DNA of 55,528 nucleotides from positions 1 through 55,528 of the forward strand of contig JBFIHX010000016.1 in NCBI GenBank assembly GCA_041601615.1, written 5' to 3'. The stretch's first letter is position 1, and each line of letters opens with the position of its first letter. Positions 15,954 through 25,891 of the stretch are shown here, in pieces. Origin of the DNA: Thermoplasmatota archaeon. GTDB taxonomy: Archaea; Thermoplasmatota; E2; JACPAO01; JAHFTW01. The notes beneath the pieces were generated by a model that was given only the letters and a program-made list of their open reading frames with translations, was not told the origin of the DNA and did no database searches. A program made the position numbers and the translations under genes.

Positions 15954-17264
15954 ATGTCTGAAGCTTGGCGAGTTTCTTTTGCGCGGTTCCTTCGGTCACA
16001 CGACGCTGTTTCCAGTGGGCAAGTGCATTGCTTTGTGTACTGGGTTGACAAGTGGCGTGCCTTGTATCCGTCCAATTCGACAGCACCAGACAAGAGCGCC
16101 ATCACGGAATTCCTTGACGCGCTCGGCCGCGAGCATGAACCGCGTCTCGTGCATCAGGCCCGGGAGGCAATCCGCCTTTGGTCGTTCTTCCGGCAGGAAC
16201 AATTGGCCTCAGATAGTCGGCAGGTAACTTGCGGCTACGCCTCCGATTGGCAGAGAATCCACGTGGAAATGACGCGCGTTTTGCGCCTGAAGCACATGAG
16301 TCTGCGGACGGAGAAGTCGTACCTTGGTTGGCTGCATCGGTTCCAGGCGTTTTGCTGCAATCGGTCGCCGCAGGCGTTGGCCTCCGGGGATGTGTCGGCG
16401 CTTTTGTCGCACTTGGCCGTCGATCGTGGCGTGGCTGCATCGACCCAGAATCAGGCGTTCAATGCGGTGTTGTTTCTGTATCGACATGTCCTTGGGCAAG
16501 ACCTTGGCGATCTTTCGCACACGGTGCGGGCCAGGGAGCGTCGCCGATTGCCGGTTGTCCTTTCGCGGCCTGAGGTCGATGCGGTGTTCGCCCGCTTGCC
16601 TGAGCCGTTTCGGTTGATGGCACGCTTGACTTACGGCTCGGGGATGCGGTTGCAGGAGTGCCTGGAATTGCGCATCAAGGATGTGGACTTCGAGCGCGGC
16701 CTGTTGACGGTCCGCTCGGGCAAGGGAGACAAGGACCGCCAAACTGTGCTTCCTGAAGCACTTCGCCACGACTGGTCCAAGCACCTAGAAACGGTGCGGC
16801 GCCTGCACGAAAAAGACCGCGCCGAAGACCTCCCTGGCGTCGCCTTGCCCTTGGCACTGGAGCGCAAGTACCCCAACGCAGGCAAAGAGTGGGCTTGGTT
16901 CTGGGCTTTCCCGGCAGCCTCGCATTCCGTGGACCCCCGCAGCCGCATTGTACGACGCCACCACCAACACCCAAGTACCTTCCAGAAACGCTTCCGTGCC
17001 TCCGTACAAGAAGCAGGCATTAGCAAGCCTGCATCGATCCACACGCTGCGCCACAGTTTCGCCACCCACCTCCTTGAAGCAGGAACCGACATCCGCACCA
17101 TTCAGGAACTTCTTGGACACAAAGACGTCCAGACCACGATGATCTACACCCACGTCGCAACCAAGAATCGGCTGGGTGTCCGGTCCCCACTCGATGCAGG
17201 ATTCACCAAACCCATGAATATGCGGCATTTCGCCGAGAGCATGGAACTGCCCCTAGAACATTAA
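15954..17264 (+). CDS. intI: Integron integrase (tyrosine recombinase), long form with an extra N-terminal domain
   Basis: STQNQAFNA, YGSGMRLQE, GKGDKDR, IntI patch ALERKYPNAGKEWAWFWAFPA..DPRS..RRHH, HTLRHSFATH, LGH, TMIYTHV. All catalytic residues are intact. Confidence 0.97.
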   Translation: MSEAWRVSFARFLRSHDAVSSGQVHCFVYWVDKWRALYPSNSTAPDKSAITEFLDALGREHEPRLVHQAREAIRLWSFFRQEQLASDSRQVTCGYASDWQRIHVEMTRVLRLKHMSLRTEKSYLGWLHRFQAFCCNRSPQALASGDVSALLSHLAVDRGVAASTQNQAFNAVLFLYRHVLGQDLGDLSHTVRARERRRLPVVLSRPEVDAVFARLPEPFRLMARLTYGSGMRLQECLELRIKDVDFERGLLTVRSGKGDKDRQTVLPEALRHDWSKHLETVRRLHEKDRAEDLPGVALPLALERKYPNAGKEWAWFWAFPAASHSVDPRSRIVRRHHQHPSTFQKRFRASVQEAGISKPASIHTLRHSFATHLLEAGTDIRTIQELLGHKDVQTTMIYTHVATKNRLGVRSPLDAGFTKPMNMRHFAESMELPLEH

Positions 17265-17581
17265 CTGATGGCGACCGCTGACTACAGATGTTTCGCCAAC
17301 TTGACAAAAATTGCGGACGGAATCGGTCGCACGTCGGGTGAGCATGGCCTCCAAAATGCGTCTCCGAGGAGCTAAATCGAGATTGGCTGGAGGGCCCTGT
17401 AAGGTTTGAAATTCTACGTACATGTTCGGGGCACTTTTCATTCTGAATTCCTCCCTTGAAACGGGTTGATTTTTTCGAAGAGCATCCGTACTTAGAAGGC
17501 TATTCAGCAACGGATTTTGAGCGAGCGTGGTTTCGCGTTCGCGTCTATTCCAGAGCGCCGGTCGTCTCTCAACGTCCTTTG

Positions 17582-18763
17582 TTAGCTTCCCTCGAATGCG
17601 CGGTCCCATCGCGCGTCCAGACGAACGACTGCCTCCTGGGCGGTCACCGCTCGCCACTTCCCTCGGTGCTTACTAGCGAGTCCTAGTTCGTGCAGCCTTT
17701 TGAGTCCGTCTTGGACGTCGAAGTCGGTTACGCGGCCGGATGTGTGGGCGAGCCATGTTTCGGCGTTTTTGTCTAAGGTTTTGGCGCCTTGCGGGTTGTT
17801 TTGGAGTAGGTGGAAGGCGAGGAGTGCTTCTTTCTCTTCTTCGTTGAGGGCGAAGGTGAGCATTTGGTCGAGCACGGCGGCGTTGTTGGCGAGGTTGCGG
17901 AAGTAGAGGCCGGTGCTGAGGGTTTTCATGTATTGGAGGCGCTGGGTCTTGATTTTGCCGTGGGTTTTCCAGAGGTATCCAAACAGGACGAGGAGGACGC
18001 CGCCGAGTGCTTGGAGGCTGCCGTCGGTGAGTGCTTGTTGGAGGTTGCCGCCGATGAATGCGCGTATGAGTCCGATGCTTTGGTAGAGGGTCCAGCTGAC
18101 ACCGGCGATGAGGGGGCCGTAGATCAGGGCGCGGTCGAGGGGGCGCAAGGTGAGGCGGGTGTTGGGGAGGACCATTTCGAGGTCGGCGGTTGGGATGTTT
18201 TTGAAGCTCTTGAGGTAGATTTTGCCTGCTTCCATGCCTTCGGTGCGGCCGGCTTTGCTGGTGAGGAGCGCTTCGGGTTTGAGGCGTAGGACGACGACGA
18301 GCCGTTCGTAGAGGTGCAGTTTGCGGGTCTTCCAGCGCCAGAGTGTGCTTGCGCCGCGGACTTTCTCGGTGCGTTCGGTTTCGCCGCGTTTGTACAGCCG
18401 GAGGATGTCGAATTCTTCGAGGTCTACGTGGACGGCGAGGGGGAACAGACTGCGTTCAACGAATGCTGCTTGGAGTTCTTTCATGGTGATGCGTTCGAAG
18501 TTGGCGTCTTCGAGTACGGTGGTCATGGCGGCGAGGAATTTGTCTTCGCTGCCGCCGGGGGCCACGGGAACGAGCGGGTCGGGGTCGAAGGGGGCGTATG
18601 CGTCTAGGAGGAGTTCGCGGCTGGTGTCGGATTCGAAGCGCAGGACGTGGTGCAGGAGGGCGGCGGCTCGTCGTGTGTCGGGGTCCGCTTGCATTCTGTC
18701 GAGGAGGTCTTGCCTGCGCACGGGGACGAAGCGGGTCGCGCTCACGGGGGGTGCGAGGGGCAT
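17582..18763 (-). CDS. DUF3754 / TMEM143-family protein
   Basis: YAPFDPD, LEDANF, YERLVV, YLKSFKNIPTADLEMVLP, LYFRNLANN, EEEKEALLA. Confidence 0.8.
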   Translation of the reverse strand: MPLAPPVSATRFVPVRRQDLLDRMQADPDTRRAAALLHHVLRFESDTSRELLLDAYAPFDPDPLVPVAPGGSEDKFLAAMTTVLEDANFERITMKELQAAFVERSLFPLAVHVDLEEFDILRLYKRGETERTEKVRGASTLWRWKTRKLHLYERLVVVLRLKPEALLTSKAGRTEGMEAGKIYLKSFKNIPTADLEMVLPNTRLTLRPLDRALIYGPLIAGVSWTLYQSIGLIRAFIGGNLQQALTDGSLQALGGVLLVLFGYLWKTHGKIKTQRLQYMKTLSTGLYFRNLANNAAVLDQMLTFALNEEEKEALLAFHLLQNNPQGAKTLDKNAETWLAHTSGRVTDFDVQDGLKRLHELGLASKHRGKWRAVTAQEAVVRLDARWDRAFEGS

Positions 18764-18843
18764 TTGTGTGTAGAAGGGCGCGGTTCCAGAATGGGCGGGT
18801 GTCGGCCGGTAGGCACTTGTTGCTTTGTGGCTGTCTGGCGGTT

Positions 18844-20223
18844 ATGGGTGCGCGGGGCTTGTTTGCTCGGAAATCGATGCGGGTGGAGGAGCGCGAGGGC
18901 TATGTGCGCACGCTTGGCTTGTTTGATTTGTCCAATCTTGGTGTTGCTGCCATCATCGGCGCGGGCATTTTCGTGTTTCTTGGCCAGGAGGCGATTGGCA
19001 CGGGGCCTGCGGTGGTCGTGGCGCTTGCTCTTGGGGGTTTGGCGGCGATTTTGGCGGCGTTTTCGTATGCGGAGGCGGCGGCGATGTTGCCGGGAAATGG
19101 TAGCGCCTACGCGTTCTCGTTTGCAGCGTTTGGGAGCCTTCCGGCGTTCTTGGTGGGCTGGTTCTTTCTCAACACCTACGCCATTGGCAATGCGGGTGTA
19201 AGCATTGGTTGGGCGGGTTTTCTAAAATCGGGTATGGCGAGCTTGGGCTGGGCGCTTCCTGAGGCGTTGACGCAGGACCCGGCGGCGGGCGGCCTCGTGA
19301 ATTTGCCGGCGCTCCTGTTCTTTGTGGTCATTACGTTTCTGGCCTGTCTCGGTGTCCGCACGAGCACCCGCGTCAACAACCTCTTGGTGGTTCTGAAGCT
19401 GGGGATTGTGTTGTTTGTCATTGTGGCGGGCGCATTCATGATTAAGACGGCCAACTGGGCGGACTTCTCGCCTGCTGGCGTCAAAGGGATTGCGGGTTCC
19501 ACGGCGGTTCTGTTCTTTGCCTACCTTGGCTTCGACACCATTGCCGCAACGGGAGCTGAGGCCAAGAATCCCCGTCGCACGATGCCGCTTGCCATCCTCA
19601 TCAGCATCGCGCTTTGCACGGTGTTGTACATTTTGATGGCGGGGGTTGTCACGGGGATTGCTCCGCATGCGACGTTGAATCCGGATGCTCCTGTTGCGGA
19701 CGCCTTTGCCATTGCGGGTCTGCCTTGGGCTGCACATGTCATCACCGTTGGGGCAATGATTGGACTTGCGACGGTGGCCTATGCGTTCCACATTGCCATG
19801 GCGCGAATTTTGCAAGCGATGGCCGAGGATGGCTTTGCGCCCAAGATTTTGCGTCGTGTGTCGCGCAATGGAGCGCCCGTGCCGGCGGCCATGGTGGTGG
19901 GTGTGATCAGTGCAACCGCGGCGGGTTTCATTCCCCTGGCAAACGTCATCGATATGGCAGTGGAAGCAAGCGTCGTGATTTTCATCATGGTCAGTGTTGG
20001 CACCATCGTCGTGCGCCGCATGCGCGGTACGCCGGACGGATTCCATGTGCCTGAAGTGTTCCACTGGGCGGCGGTGTTGGCGCTGCTTGGTGTGATTGTG
20101 TTCGGAAATGCGCCGATGGTCCATGTGCTGAGCTTGGCGTGGCTGGCGATTGGCTTGATGATCTATGGCTTCTGGGCGCATCGTTCGTCGCTGCGGGCTC
20201 ACGCGGAAAACAGCGCTTCGTAA
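18844..20223 (+). CDS. APC-family amino acid permease
   Basis: RTLGLFDL..LGVAAIIGAGIF, GPAV, SYAE, GSAY, FFAYLGFD, EAKNP. Confidence 0.92.
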   Translation: MGARGLFARKSMRVEEREGYVRTLGLFDLSNLGVAAIIGAGIFVFLGQEAIGTGPAVVVALALGGLAAILAAFSYAEAAAMLPGNGSAYAFSFAAFGSLPAFLVGWFFLNTYAIGNAGVSIGWAGFLKSGMASLGWALPEALTQDPAAGGLVNLPALLFFVVITFLACLGVRTSTRVNNLLVVLKLGIVLFVIVAGAFMIKTANWADFSPAGVKGIAGSTAVLFFAYLGFDTIAATGAEAKNPRRTMPLAILISIALCTVLYILMAGVVTGIAPHATLNPDAPVADAFAIAGLPWAAHVITVGAMIGLATVAYAFHIAMARILQAMAEDGFAPKILRRVSRNGAPVPAAMVVGVISATAAGFIPLANVIDMAVEASVVIFIMVSVGTIVVRRMRGTPDGFHVPEVFHWAAVLALLGVIVFGNAPMVHVLSLAWLAIGLMIYGFWAHRSSLRAHAENSAS

Positions 20224-21365
20224 ACGCGTCGCTGGAACCAGTGGGGTGCTTCTTCGGAGCCTGGGGCAAATCGTCCGCGCACCGCTTCGCCGGATCGAAG
20301 TCCACGCGTGACTTGTGTGAGTGCTTCGAGGTCTTCGGCGTCTACGTCCTCCATGTGCCAGTTTCCTAGCTGTTTTGCCTTGACCTCGTCCCAGCTCCAG
20401 CGCATCCAGTGGAAGCGCGTTTGGTCGGGCGCTCCAGGGACCGGTTCGTAGAGGTTGACGGAGAGCCCCCAGGGGTAGAAATTGAGCGTGATGTTGGGAA
20501 ACAGGAACCACCAGAGGGCGAAGACCCGGCGCTCGGGGTGGGCGAATCGGTCCGGCAAGAGTGCGGGGTCAAACCCGAGGGCGGGGTCGCGGGCGTAGGC
20601 CCATTGCAGGACGCCGTGCTCGTGGACTTCGGTGCGGTACGAATCCATGTGCACGGATCCGGCAAGTCCGTGGCCGTCGGTGCCGTCGCGGGATGTGCCG
20701 TGGATGAAGGGGATGTGCAGGGAATCGAGGTAGTTTCCGGCGTGCTGTTTCCAGTTGCCTTCCACGATGCGCACTGGCTCGGCGACGGCCAAGGGGCGCA
20801 AGGCGTCCAGGGGGAGTTTGCCGAGGGAATCTTGGATCGCTGCCATCGATTGCGAGAAGGCTGTGCTTGGTGTTTCAAGGGCCAAAAACGCCAGGGGCCC
20901 CCAGGTTGCAGCGGCAAGCGGCCGTAGGTGGTCGCAGGCTCGGGGAAAATCGGGCAAGTCGCGGGGGATACCAGGCTGACCAAGGTACTGGCCCTTGTCG
21001 CCAAAGCTGCGCCCGTGCTGGGGGCACACAATGGCCTTACCCGAGCCGGGCGCGGACACGAGGGTGTGCCAAGCGTGGGTGCAAACGTTCGGAAAACCGC
21101 GCAGAGCACCGTCCTGGCCCCGTTGCAAAAAGTAAGGGCTGCCTTGGACTTCCACGGGGGCTCGGGCGCCGGGGGCTTGCAAAATTGATGCCGGGTCCTT
21201 GGCATCGGCTTGAGTCTGGCCCGCACCGGGCATGGCCAGCAGCCAGTGATTGCGAAACAGGGTCCCCTGTTCACGAGCCAAGAACGCCTCGTCAAGGTAG
21301 GCGCTAGGAGGCAGGGACTCGGCGGTTCGAATGTCCGGGTCCACGCGGAAGGCTTCCGAATCCAC
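20199..21365 (-). CDS. Rieske non-heme iron oxygenase alpha subunit (choline monooxygenase-like)
   Basis: Rieske ligands NVCTH...CPQHG, then NWK..NYLDSLHIPFIH and ED at the C-terminus. Confidence 0.85.
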   Translation of the reverse strand: MDSEAFRVDPDIRTAESLPPSAYLDEAFLAREQGTLFRNHWLLAMPGAGQTQADAKDPASILQAPGARAPVEVQGSPYFLQRGQDGALRGFPNVCTHAWHTLVSAPGSGKAIVCPQHGRSFGDKGQYLGQPGIPRDLPDFPRACDHLRPLAAATWGPLAFLALETPSTAFSQSMAAIQDSLGKLPLDALRPLAVAEPVRIVEGNWKQHAGNYLDSLHIPFIHGTSRDGTDGHGLAGSVHMDSYRTEVHEHGVLQWAYARDPALGFDPALLPDRFAHPERRVFALWWFLFPNITLNFYPWGLSVNLYEPVPGAPDQTRFHWMRWSWDEVKAKQLGNWHMEDVDAEDLEALTQVTRGLRSGEAVRGRFAPGSEEAPHWFQRRVYEALFSA

Positions 21366-21533
21366 GTGGTGCGGACCCCGGGCGCCAAATTAAGCCGGCT
21401 GGAAGCAGCAGGATGGCGCGGTGCAGGCCGTACGTCATGGCCAGGATCGCCGCGGGGCCTTCGATGGAGTCAAGCGGGAGGCTGCATGAATGCTGGGGCG
21501 AGATTGGAGGAGCGCAGAGGGAGACCGGCCCGA

Positions 21534-21731
21534 CTAGGCGTCCGGCCGAGTGTCGTGGCTGCTGAAGTAGTCCGCGAGGGCTTCGCTGACCACGTCGCTG
21601 AAGGTCCGGCTGCTCGTGAGCTTCATGTAGTGCAGCTTCAGGAGTTGGCGAACGGGGAGTTTCACCTTCACTTCCTTCATTTCGTTCATGTCGGGCTTCT
21701 TGATCCCCATTAGGTCGTCGGTTGTCATCAT
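21534..21731 (-). CDS. Small ribbon-helix-helix-like DNA-binding protein
   Basis: Beta strand EVKVKLP followed by two helices ending SEALADYF. GAGGTG upstream. Homologous to the divergent neighbour. Confidence 0.6.
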   Translation of the reverse strand: MMTTDDLMGIKKPDMNEMKEVKVKLPVRQLLKLHYMKLTSSRTFSDVVSEALADYFSSHDTRPDA

Positions 21732-22071
21732 GGTCGGTCACCTCTGTCGGTTGTGCCAAGCGCCCCAAGGGGCACCAGCGGCACCGGAACCTTGTCCGTT
21801 CGTGCACCGCTGCACAACTGTCTCTCGGTCGTTTCGTACTATTTGACCGTAGCCTAGAACGTTCATATACCGACGCTCGGCAGCCCCTAATTCCCTTCGA
21901 AAGCCCGGGCCGAGCGGCCATGGAGGGGCACATGGCCATTGAAACAAACACGGACCGTGGTTGGATTGTTTGTTGCACGCAAGGTTCGTGGTCCTTGTGA
22001 CCCCGAGCGCCCTGAAGACAGGGTATTATAGCGAAGCCCCGAGAGAATGCGTTGTGTCGGAGGACGCCTCA

Positions 22072-22260
22072 ATGCCGGACAACTGGGATGGGAACCAGGA
22101 CCTTGACCGCCTACGGGAATTCAAGGTGCACGTTCCATTATCGACACACCTGCAATTGCATCGCCATCGCCTACTGACGGGAAAATCCCTCAGCAAGACC
22201 ATGGAGGAAGCACTGGATGCCTATTTTGACAAGCACTACCCGGGTGAAGAGCCCACCTAG
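22072..22260 (+). CDS. Small ribbon-helix-helix-like DNA-binding protein (paralogue of 21534-21731)
   Basis: EFKVHVP...EEALDAYF, with GGAGG upstream of the ATG. Confidence 0.6.
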   Translation: MPDNWDGNQDLDRLREFKVHVPLSTHLQLHRHRLLTGKSLSKTMEEALDAYFDKHYPGEEPT

Positions 22261-22422
22261 GTTCGATCCTCGAATCAGGAAAAACCAAGCAGCGTAGTCC
22301 TCGAGCACGCTCCGAGCGACCCATCACGCAGTCGAAAAGGTCAACATGCGGCATGCGAGGAATCTTTTGCGCGCAACGGCGCCCCCACAAGCCTCAAGGC
22401 CCCGGCCCCTGCCTGCCCATGC

Positions 22423-23931
22423 ATGCGCACCCTGCTCCTGGTCGGCATCCTTGCCTTGACCACCCTTTCTGGCTGCCTCTCCGACGACGCGCCGGAGGGT
22501 GATGTCGCTCCGACAGTACGCCACCTGGATGTCCTGCCAAGCTTGCCAGGTTTCGGCACCCTTGCTCTGAACGAAACGCCCTTGTTTTCCACGCCTCTTC
22601 TCGTGGACAACGTTCGCGCCGGCGGCGAACCCGTCATCGCCATTCTTCCCAGCGGCACCCTCCTCGTCAGCGCCCACCCCGGTTGGACGCACTACCACCC
22701 CAGCGATGACCCGACCCACGTCGGCACCGAAATCGTTACGCCCGTCAACGCCCAGAGCTACCTCTGGCGCAGCACCGACGGCGGCGCCACCTGGGACCAC
22801 GTCACGCTTCTGGGCCTGCCCGCAGACAACTTGCCACGCAGCGCCGCGCTCGGTGTCAGCGACCCCGAATTCACCGTCATGGCCGACGGCACCGTCTGCA
22901 CCACGGACCTCATCGCCCTCGCAAGCAGCAGCACCTCGTGCAGCAGCGACGATGGCCTCACATGGATCACAACAGGCAACAGCCTCGCAAGCGGCGGCCC
23001 GAACGACCGACAATGGCTCGCCTCCTACGCCGACGAGTTCTACTTCACGGCCAATTACTTCGCGGACCACCACATCCAAGCAAGCAAGGACTACGGCCTC
23101 ACCTGGGAAGTGCGCGGCGACGTGCCCTGCTCCCAAGATCTCGTGGCCAACCCCGAAACTGGAGCCTTGTATGTGGGCTGCGGCGCCGGACTTGGTGTTT
23201 CCAACGACGGTGGCTTCACCTGGCAAGTCCGTTCCATTCCTGACGAACTTGCCCCTCGTGGCGGCCAACGCATCATGGCCGAACCGGCCCTCGACGCCGC
23301 CGACAACGTCTGGGTCGTCTGGACCGTCGGCGAGCGCCAACTCTTCATTGGCGGAACCCCCGACGAAGGCGCCACTTGGCCCTGGATCATCGAAATCACC
23401 CCCCACTTCGAACTCTACAGCCAAGCCCCCGACGTGGATCCAGAAGCCTCCGGGGGCCAACCCATCAGCCCCATGGGCACCAACGGCAGCTACGTCTGGC
23501 CCTGGATCAGCGCCGGCAGCAGCGGCCGCGTCGCCGTAAGCTGGATCGGAGGATTCAGTGAAACCGCCAGCACCGCCTACAACGACCCCTGGTACCTCAT
23601 GACCGCATACGTTCTTGGCGCCGATTCCACCGCACCCGCCGTCGTCGTCCAAAGCCTCAGCGGCAAACCCATCCACAAGGGCCCGATTTGCCAAAGTGGC
23701 ACCACCTGCCAAGTCAGCAGCATGGCCGGCAGCGATTCCGGCGACCGGCGCCTCGGCGACTTCTTCGAGACCACCATCGACGGCGAAGGCTTCCTCCACG
23801 CTGCAGTCTCGGACACGTTCACCCAAAGCGACGACGTCATCTCGCACCCCTTGTACGTACGCCAAGTTGGAGGCATCTCGCTTCTGACCAACGCAGACAA
23901 GGAACGCGGATGGATGCCGACGCAAGGCTGA
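22423..23931 (+). CDS. Secreted lipoprotein with BNR/Asp-box repeats (sialidase-like)
   Basis: Lipobox LSGC. Asp-boxes STDGGATW, SDDGLTW, SKDYGLTW and SNDGGFTW. DRQW and LGDFF motifs. Confidence 0.85.
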   Translation: MRTLLLVGILALTTLSGCLSDDAPEGDVAPTVRHLDVLPSLPGFGTLALNETPLFSTPLLVDNVRAGGEPVIAILPSGTLLVSAHPGWTHYHPSDDPTHVGTEIVTPVNAQSYLWRSTDGGATWDHVTLLGLPADNLPRSAALGVSDPEFTVMADGTVCTTDLIALASSSTSCSSDDGLTWITTGNSLASGGPNDRQWLASYADEFYFTANYFADHHIQASKDYGLTWEVRGDVPCSQDLVANPETGALYVGCGAGLGVSNDGGFTWQVRSIPDELAPRGGQRIMAEPALDAADNVWVVWTVGERQLFIGGTPDEGATWPWIIEITPHFELYSQAPDVDPEASGGQPISPMGTNGSYVWPWISAGSSGRVAVSWIGGFSETASTAYNDPWYLMTAYVLGADSTAPAVVVQSLSGKPIHKGPICQSGTTCQVSSMAGSDSGDRRLGDFFETTIDGEGFLHAAVSDTFTQSDDVISHPLYVRQVGGISLLTNADKERGWMPTQG

Positions 23932-24148
23932 TCCGGCGTTGACTTTGGCTCGGGGAACGCAATTCGGATTTTCTCGGCCTTCCCCGTCGCTCTCTCCTCC
24001 ATTTCTCCTCCATTTCTCCGTCCTTGCCCATTCGTACCACCGCTGAATCGGCCCTTGTGCACCGCCCCGCAGATGCTCAAAAACACGCACCCCACGGCAG
24101 ATGGACGTTCGCCACAAGTCTGAAGACCGACCGGGATAGCTGGCCACC

Positions 24149-25891
24149 ATGCGCTGGCTGCTCCTCGTAGCACTCCTGACCCTCCCCACCCTCGCTGGCT
24201 GCCTCGACAGCAACGGTGGCACGGACAAATCCGACCGCGACGCCACGAGCGTCCTTGAGCCGCTCACGGAGCCAATCTACGAGGTACTGGGGCACTTCGA
24301 GCACCGCTTCACGGGCACCACCGGCATCCAACTCTACGTGGACTACTACCTGCCCGACAACGGCGGCGCCGAAGTCCCCGTCATCCTCACCATGACGCCC
24401 TACCAAGACCCCGACACCGTGCAAGTCCCCGGTGAAGGCGGCGACCCCACGGGCCTCCTTGGCGAAGACGCACCCTACAGCCAATTCTTGGTCGACCACT
24501 TCGTGCCCCGAGGCTACGCCGTGGCTTTCGCCGACGTACGCGGCAACCACAACTCCGGCGGCTGCATCGACCAAACCGGCCCGGAGCAATGGCAAGATGG
24601 CTACGACTACGTCGAATGGCTCGGCACCCAATCCTGGAGCAACGGCAAGGTCGGCATGTACGGCGCCAGCTACGACGCCGAGACCCAATTCACCACCGCC
24701 ATGATGCAACCGCCGCACCTAGCCACCATCGTGCCGACGGCAAGCGTCAGCAACCAATACGAATGGAGCTTCTACAACGGCGTCCCCTACGAACTGCAAC
24801 CCCTCATCGGCATGGCCAGCTACTTCGGCGGCAGCGTCGTCCCAAGCACCAGCCCCGAAGACGCCCCCACGTACCCCGAAAAACTGACCTGCCAACCGGA
24901 GCAATTTGCCGCCGGCACCGATTTTTCCGGCGACAACACCACGTTCTGGCAAGAGCGCGACTACCGAGGCATGGCCGGCGACATCCAAGCCAGCGTTCTG
25001 CATGTGCACGGCCTCGCCGACTGGAACGTGCGTCCCATCCACATTGACCCATTGTTCAATGCCATCCAAAGCGAAAAACGCGGCATCTTCGGGCTCTGGC
25101 ACCACGCCTACCCCGACCGCGGCGACTGGCTGGAAATCCTCACCGCATGGTACGACCACTTCCTCTTGGGGCTCAACAACGGCATCCTCGACCGCCTGCC
25201 TCCGGTCTTGATCGAAGACTCCACCGGCAATTGGCACGGCATGAACGCCTTCCCGCCCCGCAACCAGCCCTGGCTTGAACTGCAACTCGGCGCAGACGGC
25301 GCCTTGGTGCCCTCGGGCGCTCCGGCCGGCGATTTGTTTCTCGTGGACTACCCCGAAGAAGTGCTCTTGGACCTAGGAATCATCCCCGACGAACAAGAAA
25401 GCGCGGATGTCACAGACCTCTCGCCTGACCACCTGGAATGGACATTCACCACGACCCGCGATCTGCACTTAGTCGGCCGCCCGGAGGTTCGCTTCAACGT
25501 CACCACGGACGAAAAGAGCACCCACTGGACCGCCCGGCTCTCCGTCGACGGCGACGTTCGCTGCGCCTACGAGTACAAGGACAGCACCTACAGCCAGAGC
25601 ATCTGCATCAACGCCGGCTACCAGGATACGCGCCACCGCGAGGGCCAAAATGCGCCCAAAGACCTGACCCCCGGTGAAGCTTACGATCTTGCCATCCAAA
25701 TGTACCCGCAATACGACGTGGTGCCCGCCGGCTCCGTGCTGCGCTTGACTCTGTCCAACAACGACCCCGAAGTACAACAGGACCTCACGTTTGCGCGCAG
25801 TGTCCTGCACCTAGGTGGTGACATGGCGGTCTTGCGACTACCGCTCAGTCCCGGCAGTATACCGATGCTCTCGGACTCACTGCTGTTCTAG
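24149..25891 (+). CDS. CocE/NonD-family (peptidase S15) serine hydrolase lipoprotein
   Basis: Lipobox LAGC, TPY, DVRG..SGG, WSNGKVGMYGASY nucleophile motif, HGLADWNV. Confidence 0.9.
   Translation: MRWLLLVALLTLPTLAGCLDSNGGTDKSDRDATSVLEPLTEPIYEVLGHFEHRFTGTTGIQLYVDYYLPDNGGAEVPVILTMTPYQDPDTVQVPGEGGDPTGLLGEDAPYSQFLVDHFVPRGYAVAFADVRGNHNSGGCIDQTGPEQWQDGYDYVEWLGTQSWSNGKVGMYGASYDAETQFTTAMMQPPHLATIVPTASVSNQYEWSFYNGVPYELQPLIGMASYFGGSVVPSTSPEDAPTYPEKLTCQPEQFAAGTDFSGDNTTFWQERDYRGMAGDIQASVLHVHGLADWNVRPIHIDPLFNAIQSEKRGIFGLWHHAYPDRGDWLEILTAWYDHFLLGLNNGILDRLPPVLIEDSTGNWHGMNAFPPRNQPWLELQLGADGALVPSGAPAGDLFLVDYPEEVLLDLGIIPDEQESADVTDLSPDHLEWTFTTTRDLHLVGRPEVRFNVTTDEKSTHWTARLSVDGDVRCAYEYKDSTYSQSICINAGYQDTRHREGQNAPKDLTPGEAYDLAIQMYPQYDVVPAGSVLRLTLSNNDPEVQQDLTFARSVLHLGGDMAVLRLPLSPGSIPMLSDSLLF

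Larger units (their letters stand above)
1..17264. mobile_element. Complete integron: intI, attI and a cassette array (11 full cassettes plus one partial, running off the left edge)
   Basis: IntI with the integron-specific insertion lies on +, divergent from 11 attC sites whose top strand is the minus strand. Each cassette's 5' GTT core is complementary to its own 3' inverse core. Confidence 0.96.

Noticed and set aside
22324-24267. 647-aa minus-strand ORF and similar long antisense ORFs (e.g. 19222-20511, 30523-32097, 46479-47936, 54257-55309)
   Set aside because: They are shadow frames of well-supported genes in GC-rich, skewed DNA and have no recognisable motifs.
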